Shown piece after piece: positions 16,896-26,259 of a stretch of DNA of 64,000 bases. This DNA comes from a virus. The stretch lies in IMG/VR virus record IMGVR_UViG_3300013232_000047, positions 56,023-120,022 of that record; one strand, given 5' to 3'. Position numbers and translations under genes: made by a program. Within the stretch, counting starts at the first letter, position 1. Every line of letters starts with the position of its first letter. The notes under the pieces were generated by a model that did no database searches, was not told the origin of the DNA, and saw only the letters and a program-made list of their open reading frames with translations.

Positions 16896-16929
16896 AAGGT
16901 GGCTCGCTTAAAGTGAGCCACCTTATTTT
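16896..16929 (+). terminator. intrinsic terminator
   Basis: taaggtggctc...gagccacctta + tttt. Confidence 0.7.
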
Positions 16930-16969
16930 CCAGTTGACTGCATCTCAAAACTTGTATACTTTAATTTTT

Positions 16970-17179
16970 ATGATTTATCCTGCGTCTAGTACTGTGCGCA
17001 CCAAGCCTACACCTGTTACTTTCACGCTAGAGTCAGCTCGACGGCTTAAAGCTGTCTACATTGAGGAGTGCAAGACTAAGACCAAGCATGATTCCTTCTT
17101 TTTTGAAGGGGATGAGTACGTGCTAAGCTACACCAAGTACCTCATCGAATATTTAGAAACCTTGTTTGGAAAGTTATGA
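16970..17179 (+). CDS. hypothetical protein
   Basis: ATG after TTGACT-17-TACTTT. Confidence 0.65.
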   Translation: MIYPASSTVRTKPTPVTFTLESARRLKAVYIEECKTKTKHDSFFFEGDEYVLSYTKYLIEYLETLFGKL

Positions 17180-17443
17180 GTCAAGGCACATCTCAAAGCC
17201 CTCAAGGTAAGCTATCTTCGGGTCTTTCGAGTCCACGTGTATATGTACGCCTAGTGCTGTAGGTGTACTTTTAGGCGGTGTAGGCGTCAATTCTCGGCAT
17301 TCCACTGGGATTCCATTCCATACCAGCGCAACGCTGCGTCGTAATCCCAGAGATACCAACGCTAACGGATCAACGAATATCCGACTTGGCATCCGGTTGT
17401 GCTTGGCTCGGAATTGCTCCACCAGTTGGCTTAAAATCTTCAT
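17174..17443 (-). CDS. hypothetical protein
   Basis: 89-aa ORF filling the gap. Confidence 0.5.
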   Translation of the reverse strand: MKILSQLVEQFRAKHNRMPSRIFVDPLALVSLGLRRSVALVWNGIPVECRELTPTPPKSTPTALGVHIHVDSKDPKIAYLEGFEMCLDS

Positions 17444-17631
17444 TCAGTTTGGCTTTCAATTTGTCTGCGTGTTCCAGCAGGCGGTTGGTCAGTTGACGCT
17501 GCTCCATAATGACTTCGCAGGCGATTAGAAGCATGTTTGCTTTTTGTCCTGTCACATTTGCAGCAGCTTTTAACGCCAAGTGTTCTCTTTCAAGTTCAGT
17601 TGTCATAAATACTCTGTTCTTAGAGAACACA

Positions 17632-19215
17632 ATGAATTCGGAACACGTGCCAACATTTTCACTGGCGTACACTTCTGTTCGCCCGGCTTTAATTCCACAA
17701 GTGGTTAACCTTTGGACCACCCGCGCTAAGCGTCCGTTTGAGATTGAGTGGGTGATATCTGTAGACGAAGGTGACGCTGAATCTCTAGCTGCGGCTATGT
17801 CCTGTATGCCTTTGGCTGAGCCTCTTGAGCCCAAGTGTGGGGCGGTTAAGGTCCGCATCAATAACGGAGCTAAAACCTGCGTGGCCGGGTGGAACGTTGC
17901 AGCTGAGCATACAACTGGAAAAATCATCATCGCTGTGGCGGATGATTTTAATCCGCCAATAGGCTGGGATGACTTGCTTCTTTCGGCTGTGCCTCCGAGC
18001 AAACAGGATGGGGAATACGTCATCCACGTAAATGACGGATACGTGCAATCTCTCTGCACTTTAGCCATCTTGTCGCGCAAGCGCTATGATCGGTTTGGTT
18101 ATCTTTGGTACCCCAAGTACGAGAGTATGTTTGTTGACACAGAATTCGGTGAAGTTGCTGTCAGGGATGGTGTCGTCATCGAGGCCATGCATCTTTTATT
18201 CGAGCATCTTCACCCGGACTGCGGTAAGCGTCCACGTGACCAGCAGGACATTAAGCATGCTTCTCAGACGCGCTGGCAGACTGGCGAAACGTTGTTTAAT
18301 TATCGCCGTGCTATTGGCTTCCCTATTGATGACGGTCCCAAGGCTGTTAGAGCGCCGATCGCATCGCCTAAGCAAGTTGATACTACTGGTTTTTGTGCCT
18401 ACATGCAGGTCACGCGTGATGACATATGCCTGTTTGAGGTCTGTAACCGAATGAAGGAGGAAGGTGTTAATGACATCTTCTGGGCAGAGCCTGACGAATA
18501 CTGGTCCGGTGAACCTTTGGAACCTAACTGCAAAGATGAGCTGGACGCCGCAGCGGAACAGGTGCGGAAAGTAGGCATTAATTTGCGTAGGCGTACTTTC
18601 AACGTGAAATCTAACAGGATGCCCGGCGATTCTCGCATTACCGTTGAAACCCGCGTAAGGAACGACAGTTTACGCTGGATTCGCAGCGAAGGCTTTAAAC
18701 ATATCTTGATTGTAGACGGTGACGAGCTGTGGAAGCGGGGTACGCTGGCAACTATTAAGCCCTACATTGATCAAGGTCATTCAGCTGTGTTGACATACAT
18801 GATTCCGGTTATTGGACTGCCGGGCTGGCCCGTGGGCGAAGCTGTAGACACTGCTGTCGTGTACATTGGTGGGACTTCCTTGTTCAAGTGCTGTCGCTCA
18901 CCTTTGGGGCGTCTCGTTATCGTGCCAGCACCGTTGGTGATTCATTTTACGGGCACTCGTCGCACAATGGAGGACACTATTGTAAAGCACACTCGTTCTG
19001 GTCACTACGATGATAAGGACTACCTCTTTGATCTCTGGATAAAAGACGTGTTGCCTAACATTAAGCCGAATTGGACATACAAGTGGCCTAACGGCATCGA
19101 AGGTCTGCACATGTTTCAGCCAAAACAAATTTGGCCTCGGGTTCGTGAGTGGCTACCTGACGAGCTTGCTGCCATACCGGATAGTGTTCGAAAATATATT
19201 GGAATGACTCCCTGA
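17632..19215 (+). CDS. two-domain GT-A (family 2-like) glycosyltransferase
   Basis: VAGWNVAAEHTTGKIIIAVADD, YESMFVDTEF, second domain ILIVDGDE. Confidence 0.85.
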   Translation: MNSEHVPTFSLAYTSVRPALIPQVVNLWTTRAKRPFEIEWVISVDEGDAESLAAAMSCMPLAEPLEPKCGAVKVRINNGAKTCVAGWNVAAEHTTGKIIIAVADDFNPPIGWDDLLLSAVPPSKQDGEYVIHVNDGYVQSLCTLAILSRKRYDRFGYLWYPKYESMFVDTEFGEVAVRDGVVIEAMHLLFEHLHPDCGKRPRDQQDIKHASQTRWQTGETLFNYRRAIGFPIDDGPKAVRAPIASPKQVDTTGFCAYMQVTRDDICLFEVCNRMKEEGVNDIFWAEPDEYWSGEPLEPNCKDELDAAAEQVRKVGINLRRRTFNVKSNRMPGDSRITVETRVRNDSLRWIRSEGFKHILIVDGDELWKRGTLATIKPYIDQGHSAVLTYMIPVIGLPGWPVGEAVDTAVVYIGGTSLFKCCRSPLGRLVIVPAPLVIHFTGTRRTMEDTIVKHTRSGHYDDKDYLFDLWIKDVLPNIKPNWTYKWPNGIEGLHMFQPKQIWPRVREWLPDELAAIPDSVRKYIGMTP

Positions 19216-19233
19216 AAATAAGTTCTTTATCAC

Positions 19234-20466
19234 GTGCAAGAATCTAAACTACCATCCAATTCGCAGTACGTAATCGTTACAGTGAACAAGCCGGTAATGT
19301 TCATGCAGACAGATGACGAAACGTGGCTGTTTAACCCTAACCGGCGTTACATTATTAATGCTTCTCGGATACCTTCGATTCATCCATTTATTGAGTCAGT
19401 TTCAGAGCTAGACAATAGCTCAATGCTCAATCCCTTACGGGCTGGTAAGGCTGTGACTGGTGCGAAGATTCTGGTTGAGCGTTTTCGTGAACGGGGCATT
19501 GGTGACCTTCTATTTCTGACAGGTCCGTTGAGCTACATCCATCACTGCTCAGGTGCGAACTGCGAGATTGATGTGTACGCCTTCAGTGATCGGGGCTTGG
19601 TGTTGACACACGCACCGTTTTTGCACAATCAAACAGTGTATTGCGGGCCTATTGAATACGACCAATTGAAGATGTACAACTACCATTGGTTTGTAGGCTC
19701 GGTGACTGAGTGCGATGAAGAGGGCGATCAACTTAATGTGTACGATGCCTTGTTTAAGCAACTGGGCTTTGAACCGGATACTATTGACGCTCGCTGGAAG
19801 AAGCCTACGGCTACACTGGTACCTTCAGATTACCGAGACCTAGATGCGCTTTTGAAGTGGATTTTCGACGCTAAAAAATTGGACATGCGTCGTATGCCCT
19901 ATTACGTGGTTGCACCGTTTTCCAACAGTTCCCTGCGGTGCGCCAAGTACTCTACATGGTTGCACGTTATCAAGCAGCTGTCTCAGCGTCGTCCGGTAGT
20001 CGTGATTGGAACGTCTACAATGCGTTTGCCTGATACAGACATGAGCGTTGGAACCTTTATGCAGGCACTGGACAACTATGGCGGTAGCGGCGTCATAAAC
20101 CTAGTAGACAGGACACCCTCTGTGCGTTTGTTGATGGCTCTTATTGCACGTGCCAAAGCCGTTGTATGCCTAGATTCGGCTCCACTATACATAGCCGAGG
20201 CTGTTGGCACCCCGGCTATTTCTCTGTGGGGCAGCCATGATCCCGGCGTGCGCATTGGATATGACGAGAATTATATGCGTTATGCCATCTGGAATCGCAA
20301 TGATTGCAACTGTTCTCCTTGCTATGCCTACTCGACATTTCCAGCAAATAAGTGTCCAGATGGGCCAAAGCAAAAAATTTGTGAGTGCTTTGAAAATATC
20401 GAGGCAGATCAAGTTCTCAAGGTCATGGATGACGTGGAAAAAGACACAGGTCTAACAACTAAATGA
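19234..20466 (+). CDS. GT9 (heptosyltransferase-like) glycosyltransferase
   Basis: RGIGDLLFLT, LDSAPLYIAEAVGTPAISLWG, CSPC. Confidence 0.88.
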   Translation: MQESKLPSNSQYVIVTVNKPVMFMQTDDETWLFNPNRRYIINASRIPSIHPFIESVSELDNSSMLNPLRAGKAVTGAKILVERFRERGIGDLLFLTGPLSYIHHCSGANCEIDVYAFSDRGLVLTHAPFLHNQTVYCGPIEYDQLKMYNYHWFVGSVTECDEEGDQLNVYDALFKQLGFEPDTIDARWKKPTATLVPSDYRDLDALLKWIFDAKKLDMRRMPYYVVAPFSNSSLRCAKYSTWLHVIKQLSQRRPVVVIGTSTMRLPDTDMSVGTFMQALDNYGGSGVINLVDRTPSVRLLMALIARAKAVVCLDSAPLYIAEAVGTPAISLWGSHDPGVRIGYDENYMRYAIWNRNDCNCSPCYAYSTFPANKCPDGPKQKICECFENIEADQVLKVMDDVEKDTGLTTK

Positions 20467-20966
20467 ATACCTTAATTCCACCCTTAAAGAAGTTCAAGGT
20501 AGGCAACGACGAGATGGATATTGACGCGCTTCTTAAGCGTGACTATTCGGATGTGCGCGAGGCCAGTCAGGTGCTACCGGCAGCCATGTCATACCTTGGC
20601 TGGCAGCGCAGCTACTACAGGGAGCAACAGTACCTTGCGGAAGTGGCCGTCAAGGAAATTAAGGCTAGGCTGACGCTCAAGTACAAAATGGAGGGAATGG
20701 ACAGCGATGGTTACATCGGTGTTAAACCGACTGAAGGCGCAATTGAAGCAGCGGTGCTTGTTCACCCTGACGTGGTTGATGCCCAAAATCGTGTCGGAAA
20801 ATGCCTGCGTATCGTCGATAACTTATTCGCTCAGATTGACGCTTTCAAATACAAAATAGAGTTAGTTCGTTCAGGTGAAGCAACGACGCGGCAGGCTGCT
20901 GCTCACGAATTACCGTCGGACGAAGAACTCGAAAATCGGTCACAAAACCAACAAACGGGAGACTAA
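20463..20966 (+). CDS. UvsY-like recombination mediator
   Basis: KPTEGAIEAAVLVHP helical protein upstream of SSB and RecA. Confidence 0.55.
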   Translation: MNTLIPPLKKFKVGNDEMDIDALLKRDYSDVREASQVLPAAMSYLGWQRSYYREQQYLAEVAVKEIKARLTLKYKMEGMDSDGYIGVKPTEGAIEAAVLVHPDVVDAQNRVGKCLRIVDNLFAQIDAFKYKIELVRSGEATTRQAAAHELPSDEELENRSQNQQTGD

Positions 20967-20968
20967 AA

Positions 20969-22390
20969 ATGCAAAGAAACGCACCAAGTAAAATAGATCC
21001 TGAAATACTGGGTGAGCTGCACTATGAGCAGAACTTCACTCAGTCTATTAGCAACACCAAGCGCCAAGTCAAATTGGAAAAAGGCAAAATGTGGCGTATT
21101 CGTTATCTGCCTGCGAAGCTGGGTCCTAAAAAGACTTTCTTCGCTCGTATTGCCAAACATTGGTTGGCAACTAAGCCTGTTGTTTGTCCCCGGCAAACCT
21201 CACCCGCTTTTGGAGGTGATCCAGATTCGTATTGTCCAGTTTGTGATCGTTCCCATGAGCTTAATGAAAGTACCAACCAAGCAGAAAGTCAACTTGGTTA
21301 CGAGAGCCGATCAAATCCACAGTGGCTTGTTTACTGTGTCGTATTTGAAAAGGACGGCTCTGAGCAGTCCATGCAGGAGGTGCTTGTGCCTTACGAGCAT
21401 TGGATGTACAAAAGCACGTGGGAGGAACTGAAAGCCTTTTACATGGCAGGCGGTCAAAAGTCTCCGCTCAGCGTGTTGGACTACAAGTTGGGCAACGACT
21501 TCATAGTCAGCCGCACCAGTAAAGGCTTCAAACTCGATAAGCAGGACTCAATGCCTATTTTTGATTCTAACGATTCAAAATACGTAGATTGGATTAAGAA
21601 AATCGAGGAACAGCTTAAAAATCCTCGTGTTCAAATGCCCAAAGACGAGGAGCTACAAGCGTTTGTCATCAAGTTAGAAGAACAGGTAAACCAGCTCCGT
21701 GGTATTCGCGGCAGTGCTCGCCGGGGCCAGCCTTCTGTTGGACTTGAAGAAGAAGAAACGCAGCCTCAGCACGAGGAGAACGTGGATGATCCAGAGTCTC
21801 CGTCTCGCGCACCTGCTGCAGCCGCCCGTCCAGCCGCTCGCCGTCCAGCGCCAGCGCCAGCACCAGAACCCGAACCAGAACCCGAACCAGCCCCTGAAGA
21901 CGAAGATCAGATTCCCGGCGCTGAAATGCCTGCCAAACCGGCTCCCGCTCGCGCAGCTGCTCCAGTTGCAGCCGCACGTCCAGTAACTCCAGCTCCGGCT
22001 CCCGCTCGCGCAGCTGCTCGTCCAGTAGATTCAGCTCCGGCTACGCGCCGCCCTGCTCCTCAACCCGAACCGGAGCCTGAGCCTGAACCACAAGATCCGG
22101 ACTTTGAGCCCGAGCCAGCACCTGCACCGCGAGTTCAAGCCGGGCGTGCTGCGGCTCGTCCCGCAGCTCCTGTGGCTACTCGTCGGCCTGTTTCACAACC
22201 TGAGCCCGAGGCCGAGGACGATCCTTTGCCTCCGGACGAAACCAGCGATCAAGCTCCTCCAGCACCCTTGGATGGAGTAGAAGACGAAGGCGAGCCTGCT
22301 GCTGCGCCTCCTACAATCAGCCGCAAAGGCGCTGCTTTAGGTAGCGCTATCAGAGACAAGATTAACGCAGTAAAAAATCGTGGCTTATGA
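20969..22390 (+). CDS. gp32-like single-stranded DNA-binding protein with long Pro/Ala/acidic tail
   Basis: IRYLP...KHW...CP...CPVC...DYKLGNDFIVSR. Confidence 0.8.
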   Translation: MQRNAPSKIDPEILGELHYEQNFTQSISNTKRQVKLEKGKMWRIRYLPAKLGPKKTFFARIAKHWLATKPVVCPRQTSPAFGGDPDSYCPVCDRSHELNESTNQAESQLGYESRSNPQWLVYCVVFEKDGSEQSMQEVLVPYEHWMYKSTWEELKAFYMAGGQKSPLSVLDYKLGNDFIVSRTSKGFKLDKQDSMPIFDSNDSKYVDWIKKIEEQLKNPRVQMPKDEELQAFVIKLEEQVNQLRGIRGSARRGQPSVGLEEEETQPQHEENVDDPESPSRAPAAAARPAARRPAPAPAPEPEPEPEPAPEDEDQIPGAEMPAKPAPARAAAPVAAARPVTPAPAPARAAARPVDSAPATRRPAPQPEPEPEPEPQDPDFEPEPAPAPRVQAGRAAARPAAPVATRRPVSQPEPEAEDDPLPPDETSDQAPPAPLDGVEDEGEPAAAPPTISRKGAALGSAIRDKINAVKNRGL

Positions 22391-23778
22391 GTAAGAAAGA
22401 AAAGATCGAGGCTCCACCGCCCACTTTTCAAGAGCTTATTCTGGCTAATCTGCGAAAACATGCACCCCGCAGTGAGAACAGCGGGGTGTATGAAATCAGT
22501 AGCACGAATGAACAAGTTTTGTCTAAAATCCAGTACGTTTTAACAACCGGTAATCCTGCCTTCGATGAACTCGTGGGCGGGATGCCCTTTGGTAGAATCG
22601 TCGAGGTTTATGGACTGGAAGGCTGTGGAAAGACGGCGTTGGCTATCCGTTGCGCCGGGCGAGCTGAGCGTGGTTTTGTCAGCGAAATCATTCGAGACGT
22701 GGACGGCAACGTAACATACCGTCAGCTTGACCCCGATGAGTTCGATGTCGGCGTTATCTACATTGACAACGAACGATCACTAGACGATGACCGAAAGCTT
22801 ATTGTCGATGGTCAGCGTATCAACGTGGGTTTAGCCTACTGTGATACAGTGGATAAGCTGTTCAAGCAGATTGATGATTCCATCGGGACTATTGAGGCGT
22901 TGGAGAAAACTGTGGCTGGGCGTAAGAAGCTTCATTTCCTTGTCATCGTGGTAGATACAATTGCATCGACCAGCAATAAACAGGAACAGGCTCAGGCATG
23001 GGGTAAGGTTGATTTTAACCGTGCTCCGCAGGCTTATAGCCAAGGTTTCCGCAAGCTGATGAGCAAGGTTAACAGTCACAACGTCTGTCTTATCTGCACC
23101 AATCAGGTTCGCGTGAACTTCAAAGCAGCTCAGCAGGCCCAGCAAATGGGCCGCCAATTGTCTGGCACCAGTAGCTTTGAGTACACCAGCTACGGTGGCT
23201 ACGCATTGCGTTTTTACGCCACGCATCGCATTTTTATGCATGCCAATCAGGCGAAGTACAAACTGTTGCCCAGCGCTCAGTTTGCTGCGGGTATCGTGGT
23301 GGGTTTCCACAGCGTTAAAAATCGCATCAAGATGCCGTTCCGCGACGGGAAGATGGTTTTGCTGCTTGATCCTGAGCAGGGTGGCCTTCATCCTGTTTTT
23401 AGCATGCTGGAAACCTTGGTTCTGCTAAAGGCCATTGAGGTTAAATCGAAGGAAAAGGGCTGCAACTTTGTCTGTAAATTCGCGGCTTGCGGAATCACGC
23501 CGACCACCTTTGACCCGGATCAGCTAGATACTTCGTTAGACGAAGATGACGATAAACCTAAACGCCGGGGCGCTCCTCGTGAAAAGAAGGAGGTTGGTTT
23601 CAAATATCGTGCGGATTGGCCTGCGTTCTACGCGCAGCATCAGGCTGATTGTGATCTGCTTTGGAAAGCTGCCGTGACCGGTGCGTTCGTAACTGTGGGA
23701 CTAGACGGACAAACTGACGAAGAAATAGACGCTGATGACTTAATCAGCAATCCAGTCCTACCTGAATTGGAAGATTGA
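22387..23778 (+). CDS. recA: RecA/UvsX recombinase
   Basis: GGMPFGRIVEVYGLEGCGKT, VIVVDTIA, TNQVR, GGYALRFYA, KNR. Confidence 0.92.
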   Translation: MSKKEKIEAPPPTFQELILANLRKHAPRSENSGVYEISSTNEQVLSKIQYVLTTGNPAFDELVGGMPFGRIVEVYGLEGCGKTALAIRCAGRAERGFVSEIIRDVDGNVTYRQLDPDEFDVGVIYIDNERSLDDDRKLIVDGQRINVGLAYCDTVDKLFKQIDDSIGTIEALEKTVAGRKKLHFLVIVVDTIASTSNKQEQAQAWGKVDFNRAPQAYSQGFRKLMSKVNSHNVCLICTNQVRVNFKAAQQAQQMGRQLSGTSSFEYTSYGGYALRFYATHRIFMHANQAKYKLLPSAQFAAGIVVGFHSVKNRIKMPFRDGKMVLLLDPEQGGLHPVFSMLETLVLLKAIEVKSKEKGCNFVCKFAACGITPTTFDPDQLDTSLDEDDDKPKRRGAPREKKEVGFKYRADWPAFYAQHQADCDLLWKAAVTGAFVTVGLDGQTDEEIDADDLISNPVLPELED

Positions 23779-23780
23779 TT

Positions 23781-24395
23781 ATGGCAAAGAAAACTGAATA
23801 TGTAACAGATGAAGAACTGACTAATGCTGTTAGTCAGCTGCTTACCACCGTTCCTCAGCTTAAGGCACTTCGTGATTGCGATGTGGTTATCCTTTGCTGC
23901 ATGCGTGTTCGCATGGATGATAATGGTGAAACTGAACAACCGAAAGGCTGTCCAGTTAAACTCAAGAAGTTGTCGGATTTGGAGCGTTTGTTCGTTGAGG
24001 GCAATGCGCACTACATTCTGACGATGGATTATCATTTCTGGAAAAACTCCAATGAGAGGCAGCACACTGCTCAGTTGTTCGATGAACTGATGGGCATCAA
24101 GGTTGAAACGTCTGAAACAGGATTGAAGCTCAAAAAGCGTGATGCGACTGTTACAGTGCGACACGTTGAAACTGTTGAGCTGTTTGGCGCATTTGACGAC
24201 CCTACACTGGCACTTCGTGAAGCCATGAAAAACGTGGGAAAACGAATGAAAGACTTTGTAGACGATATTACCCCGGCAGCGTCATCTGCCGATGATTCTG
24301 ATCCGGAACAAGCACCCGAATCGGGGGAACAGCCCGAAGATGCTGACGAAGTTCCAGTGTCAAAACAAAAGGTAAAAACTGTGCCTAAAAAATAG
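23781..24395 (+). CDS. putative phage metallopeptidase-like protein, HExxH degenerate
   Basis: YILTMDYHFW...QHTAQLFDELMGI...HVETVELFG. Confidence 0.55.
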   Translation: MAKKTEYVTDEELTNAVSQLLTTVPQLKALRDCDVVILCCMRVRMDDNGETEQPKGCPVKLKKLSDLERLFVEGNAHYILTMDYHFWKNSNERQHTAQLFDELMGIKVETSETGLKLKKRDATVTVRHVETVELFGAFDDPTLALREAMKNVGKRMKDFVDDITPAASSADDSDPEQAPESGEQPEDADEVPVSKQKVKTVPKK

Positions 24396-24470
24396 TGAAT
24401 ATTTTTTGATTATCCATCTTGTCAAAAGTTTACAATTGCATAGCCTTGGAGCTAGCAACATCAAATTTTT

Positions 24471-25196
24471 ATGAGCAGTAAACCAATAACTTTTGGCCGA
24501 TATCAAAAGGTTGAAGCCATTCTAGAGGCGGATCGAGCGATTAAAGCCAAGCTAGGTCCAAAGACTCAAATTGTCTGCCGACCCCCGCCCAGCAATGAAA
24601 AGGTTTTTTTCGCTAAGCCCGTTGTTTACATAACGGAGACGCTACACGCCAACGGCGCAGATGCCCATACGACCAGTAGGACGGATGTGCTGAAGCTCGC
24701 GTTGAAACTTATGCAGGAAGGTGACGGTGTGTTTAAAGTCCCTGATATCATTCACCCACCTGCTGCGCTTGAAACAGGCAAGCCTGTTGCAGAACCAAAG
24801 AAAGAAAAGCCTGAAAAACCGAGTCCTGATGTTCCAAAGCCAGCTGTTAAAAAGGCTGCTTCAGGACTGGCAAAAGCGACAGCTGCTACAAAGAGTCCGG
24901 TTGCTAAAAAAGAGGACAAAGTTGTTCCAAAAACCGAAGAGGATTTAACTCGACCTCCACGTCCGGAACTGATAGAGGGCATTAAGAGGATGGCCACTCT
25001 TGATCCAACGCTTCCGTACGCTTATGGGATAAGCATGTCAACCTTGTTGATGACGGCAGATCAAATAGCAGAGGCTCATGACCGTTCTCCCGGTCGTAAG
25101 GAACGTCAGCAGAAATTGGCCGAATTGATACGTGATTACCAAGCTCTGACGATAATTCCAAAGGGTGTTAAAGAAAATAGTTCAGGTTCTGAGTAA
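24471..25196 (+). CDS. hypothetical protein
   Basis: 241-aa Lys/Pro-rich ORF. Confidence 0.7.
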   Translation: MSSKPITFGRYQKVEAILEADRAIKAKLGPKTQIVCRPPPSNEKVFFAKPVVYITETLHANGADAHTTSRTDVLKLALKLMQEGDGVFKVPDIIHPPAALETGKPVAEPKKEKPEKPSPDVPKPAVKKAASGLAKATAATKSPVAKKEDKVVPKTEEDLTRPPRPELIEGIKRMATLDPTLPYAYGISMSTLLMTADQIAEAHDRSPGRKERQQKLAELIRDYQALTIIPKGVKENSSGSE

Positions 25197-25245
25197 CCGC
25201 GTTGATCGCCATTCTTAAACTGTATGGCGATCTTGTTTAAGCCAC

Positions 25246-26259
25246 ATGCCTAAGAAAGCAAATGACCTTAGTCCGTCACCAGAGGGGGAACATATTTTCC
25301 CAGCCTCTCAGCTTACGCCTCTTGCTGTCCGGTGGAAGGAACTTTCCGCCGCCGGGCGGCATAAAGAGGCCATGTTCGTTTTAGAGCAAATTGTCGAGGG
25401 ATCAACTGCCATGTTTCAACGGTTGGCCCAGTTCGAAGACTTTCACTATACGGTTGACCTGCCTATCCTCGTCAGCGCTGCGCAGGAGAAGGTGGTAAAG
25501 TGGCTTCAAAAGTGGCAGCCAAAGAAGGGTCGTTTATTCTCGTGGTTTTCAAAGTGCGCTAAAAACGCTTATCGTTCCGAACTGGTTAAGGTGATTCAGT
25601 ACCGTAAGCGCTACCACGTCACGAGCGACAATCTAGAAAAATTTTATGGTCACGAAGATCATGCTATCGACAAGCATGATCTTGCTCAAGAGTTTCAAAA
25701 CAAGTTAAAGCAGATGACTTGTCGCTGGGGAGATCCACAGGAAATAGCTACCATTCGATACCATATAGACTGCATTGTTGATGATGAGCGCGACAAACAA
25801 GGTGCTATTAGAGGAGCATCTTATGCCTACGGATTGAGTCTGGAGAGTTCAAAATTTTTCTACGGTTGGACTTTGGCAGCTATGCGCCATGAGCTGTACA
25901 GCAAAATTCATGTGCCTTTCACAGAGCAAGACTTGTTTCGGGCAGCGTGTTCTTACGAGCCTGTGGTCGATCTACTGGAATACGTGTCTTGGGACACTCT
26001 AAAGAGAATCATCACACGCTATCAAGGGACCCGGCTTAAATTCCCTACGCTTGCTTACTTGGCAAAGATACATGAGAACTACGCGATTCATCGAGATATT
26101 GAAAGAAGCGACCTTGATCCGGATGCTGTCGCGGAAGTAGCGCGGAAACGGAAACGCACTGCCCGTTCAGCGCAAGAAATATTTAACGATATGGTGAAAA
26201 TTTTAGATCCAAACCGTACGGGAGAATATGGAATTTACGAACACGGAGACGACAATTGA
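25246..26259 (+). CDS. sigma-factor-like protein (T4 gp55-like region 2)
   Basis: AQEKVVKWLQKWQPKKGRLFSWFSKCAKNAYRSEL. Confidence 0.7.
   Translation: MPKKANDLSPSPEGEHIFPASQLTPLAVRWKELSAAGRHKEAMFVLEQIVEGSTAMFQRLAQFEDFHYTVDLPILVSAAQEKVVKWLQKWQPKKGRLFSWFSKCAKNAYRSELVKVIQYRKRYHVTSDNLEKFYGHEDHAIDKHDLAQEFQNKLKQMTCRWGDPQEIATIRYHIDCIVDDERDKQGAIRGASYAYGLSLESSKFFYGWTLAAMRHELYSKIHVPFTEQDLFRAACSYEPVVDLLEYVSWDTLKRIITRYQGTRLKFPTLAYLAKIHENYAIHRDIERSDLDPDAVAEVARKRKRTARSAQEIFNDMVKILDPNRTGEYGIYEHGDDN

Noticed and set aside
16901-16909. GGCTCGCT edge-repeat copy outside the arrays
   Set aside because: Single copy forming one arm of a terminator hairpin
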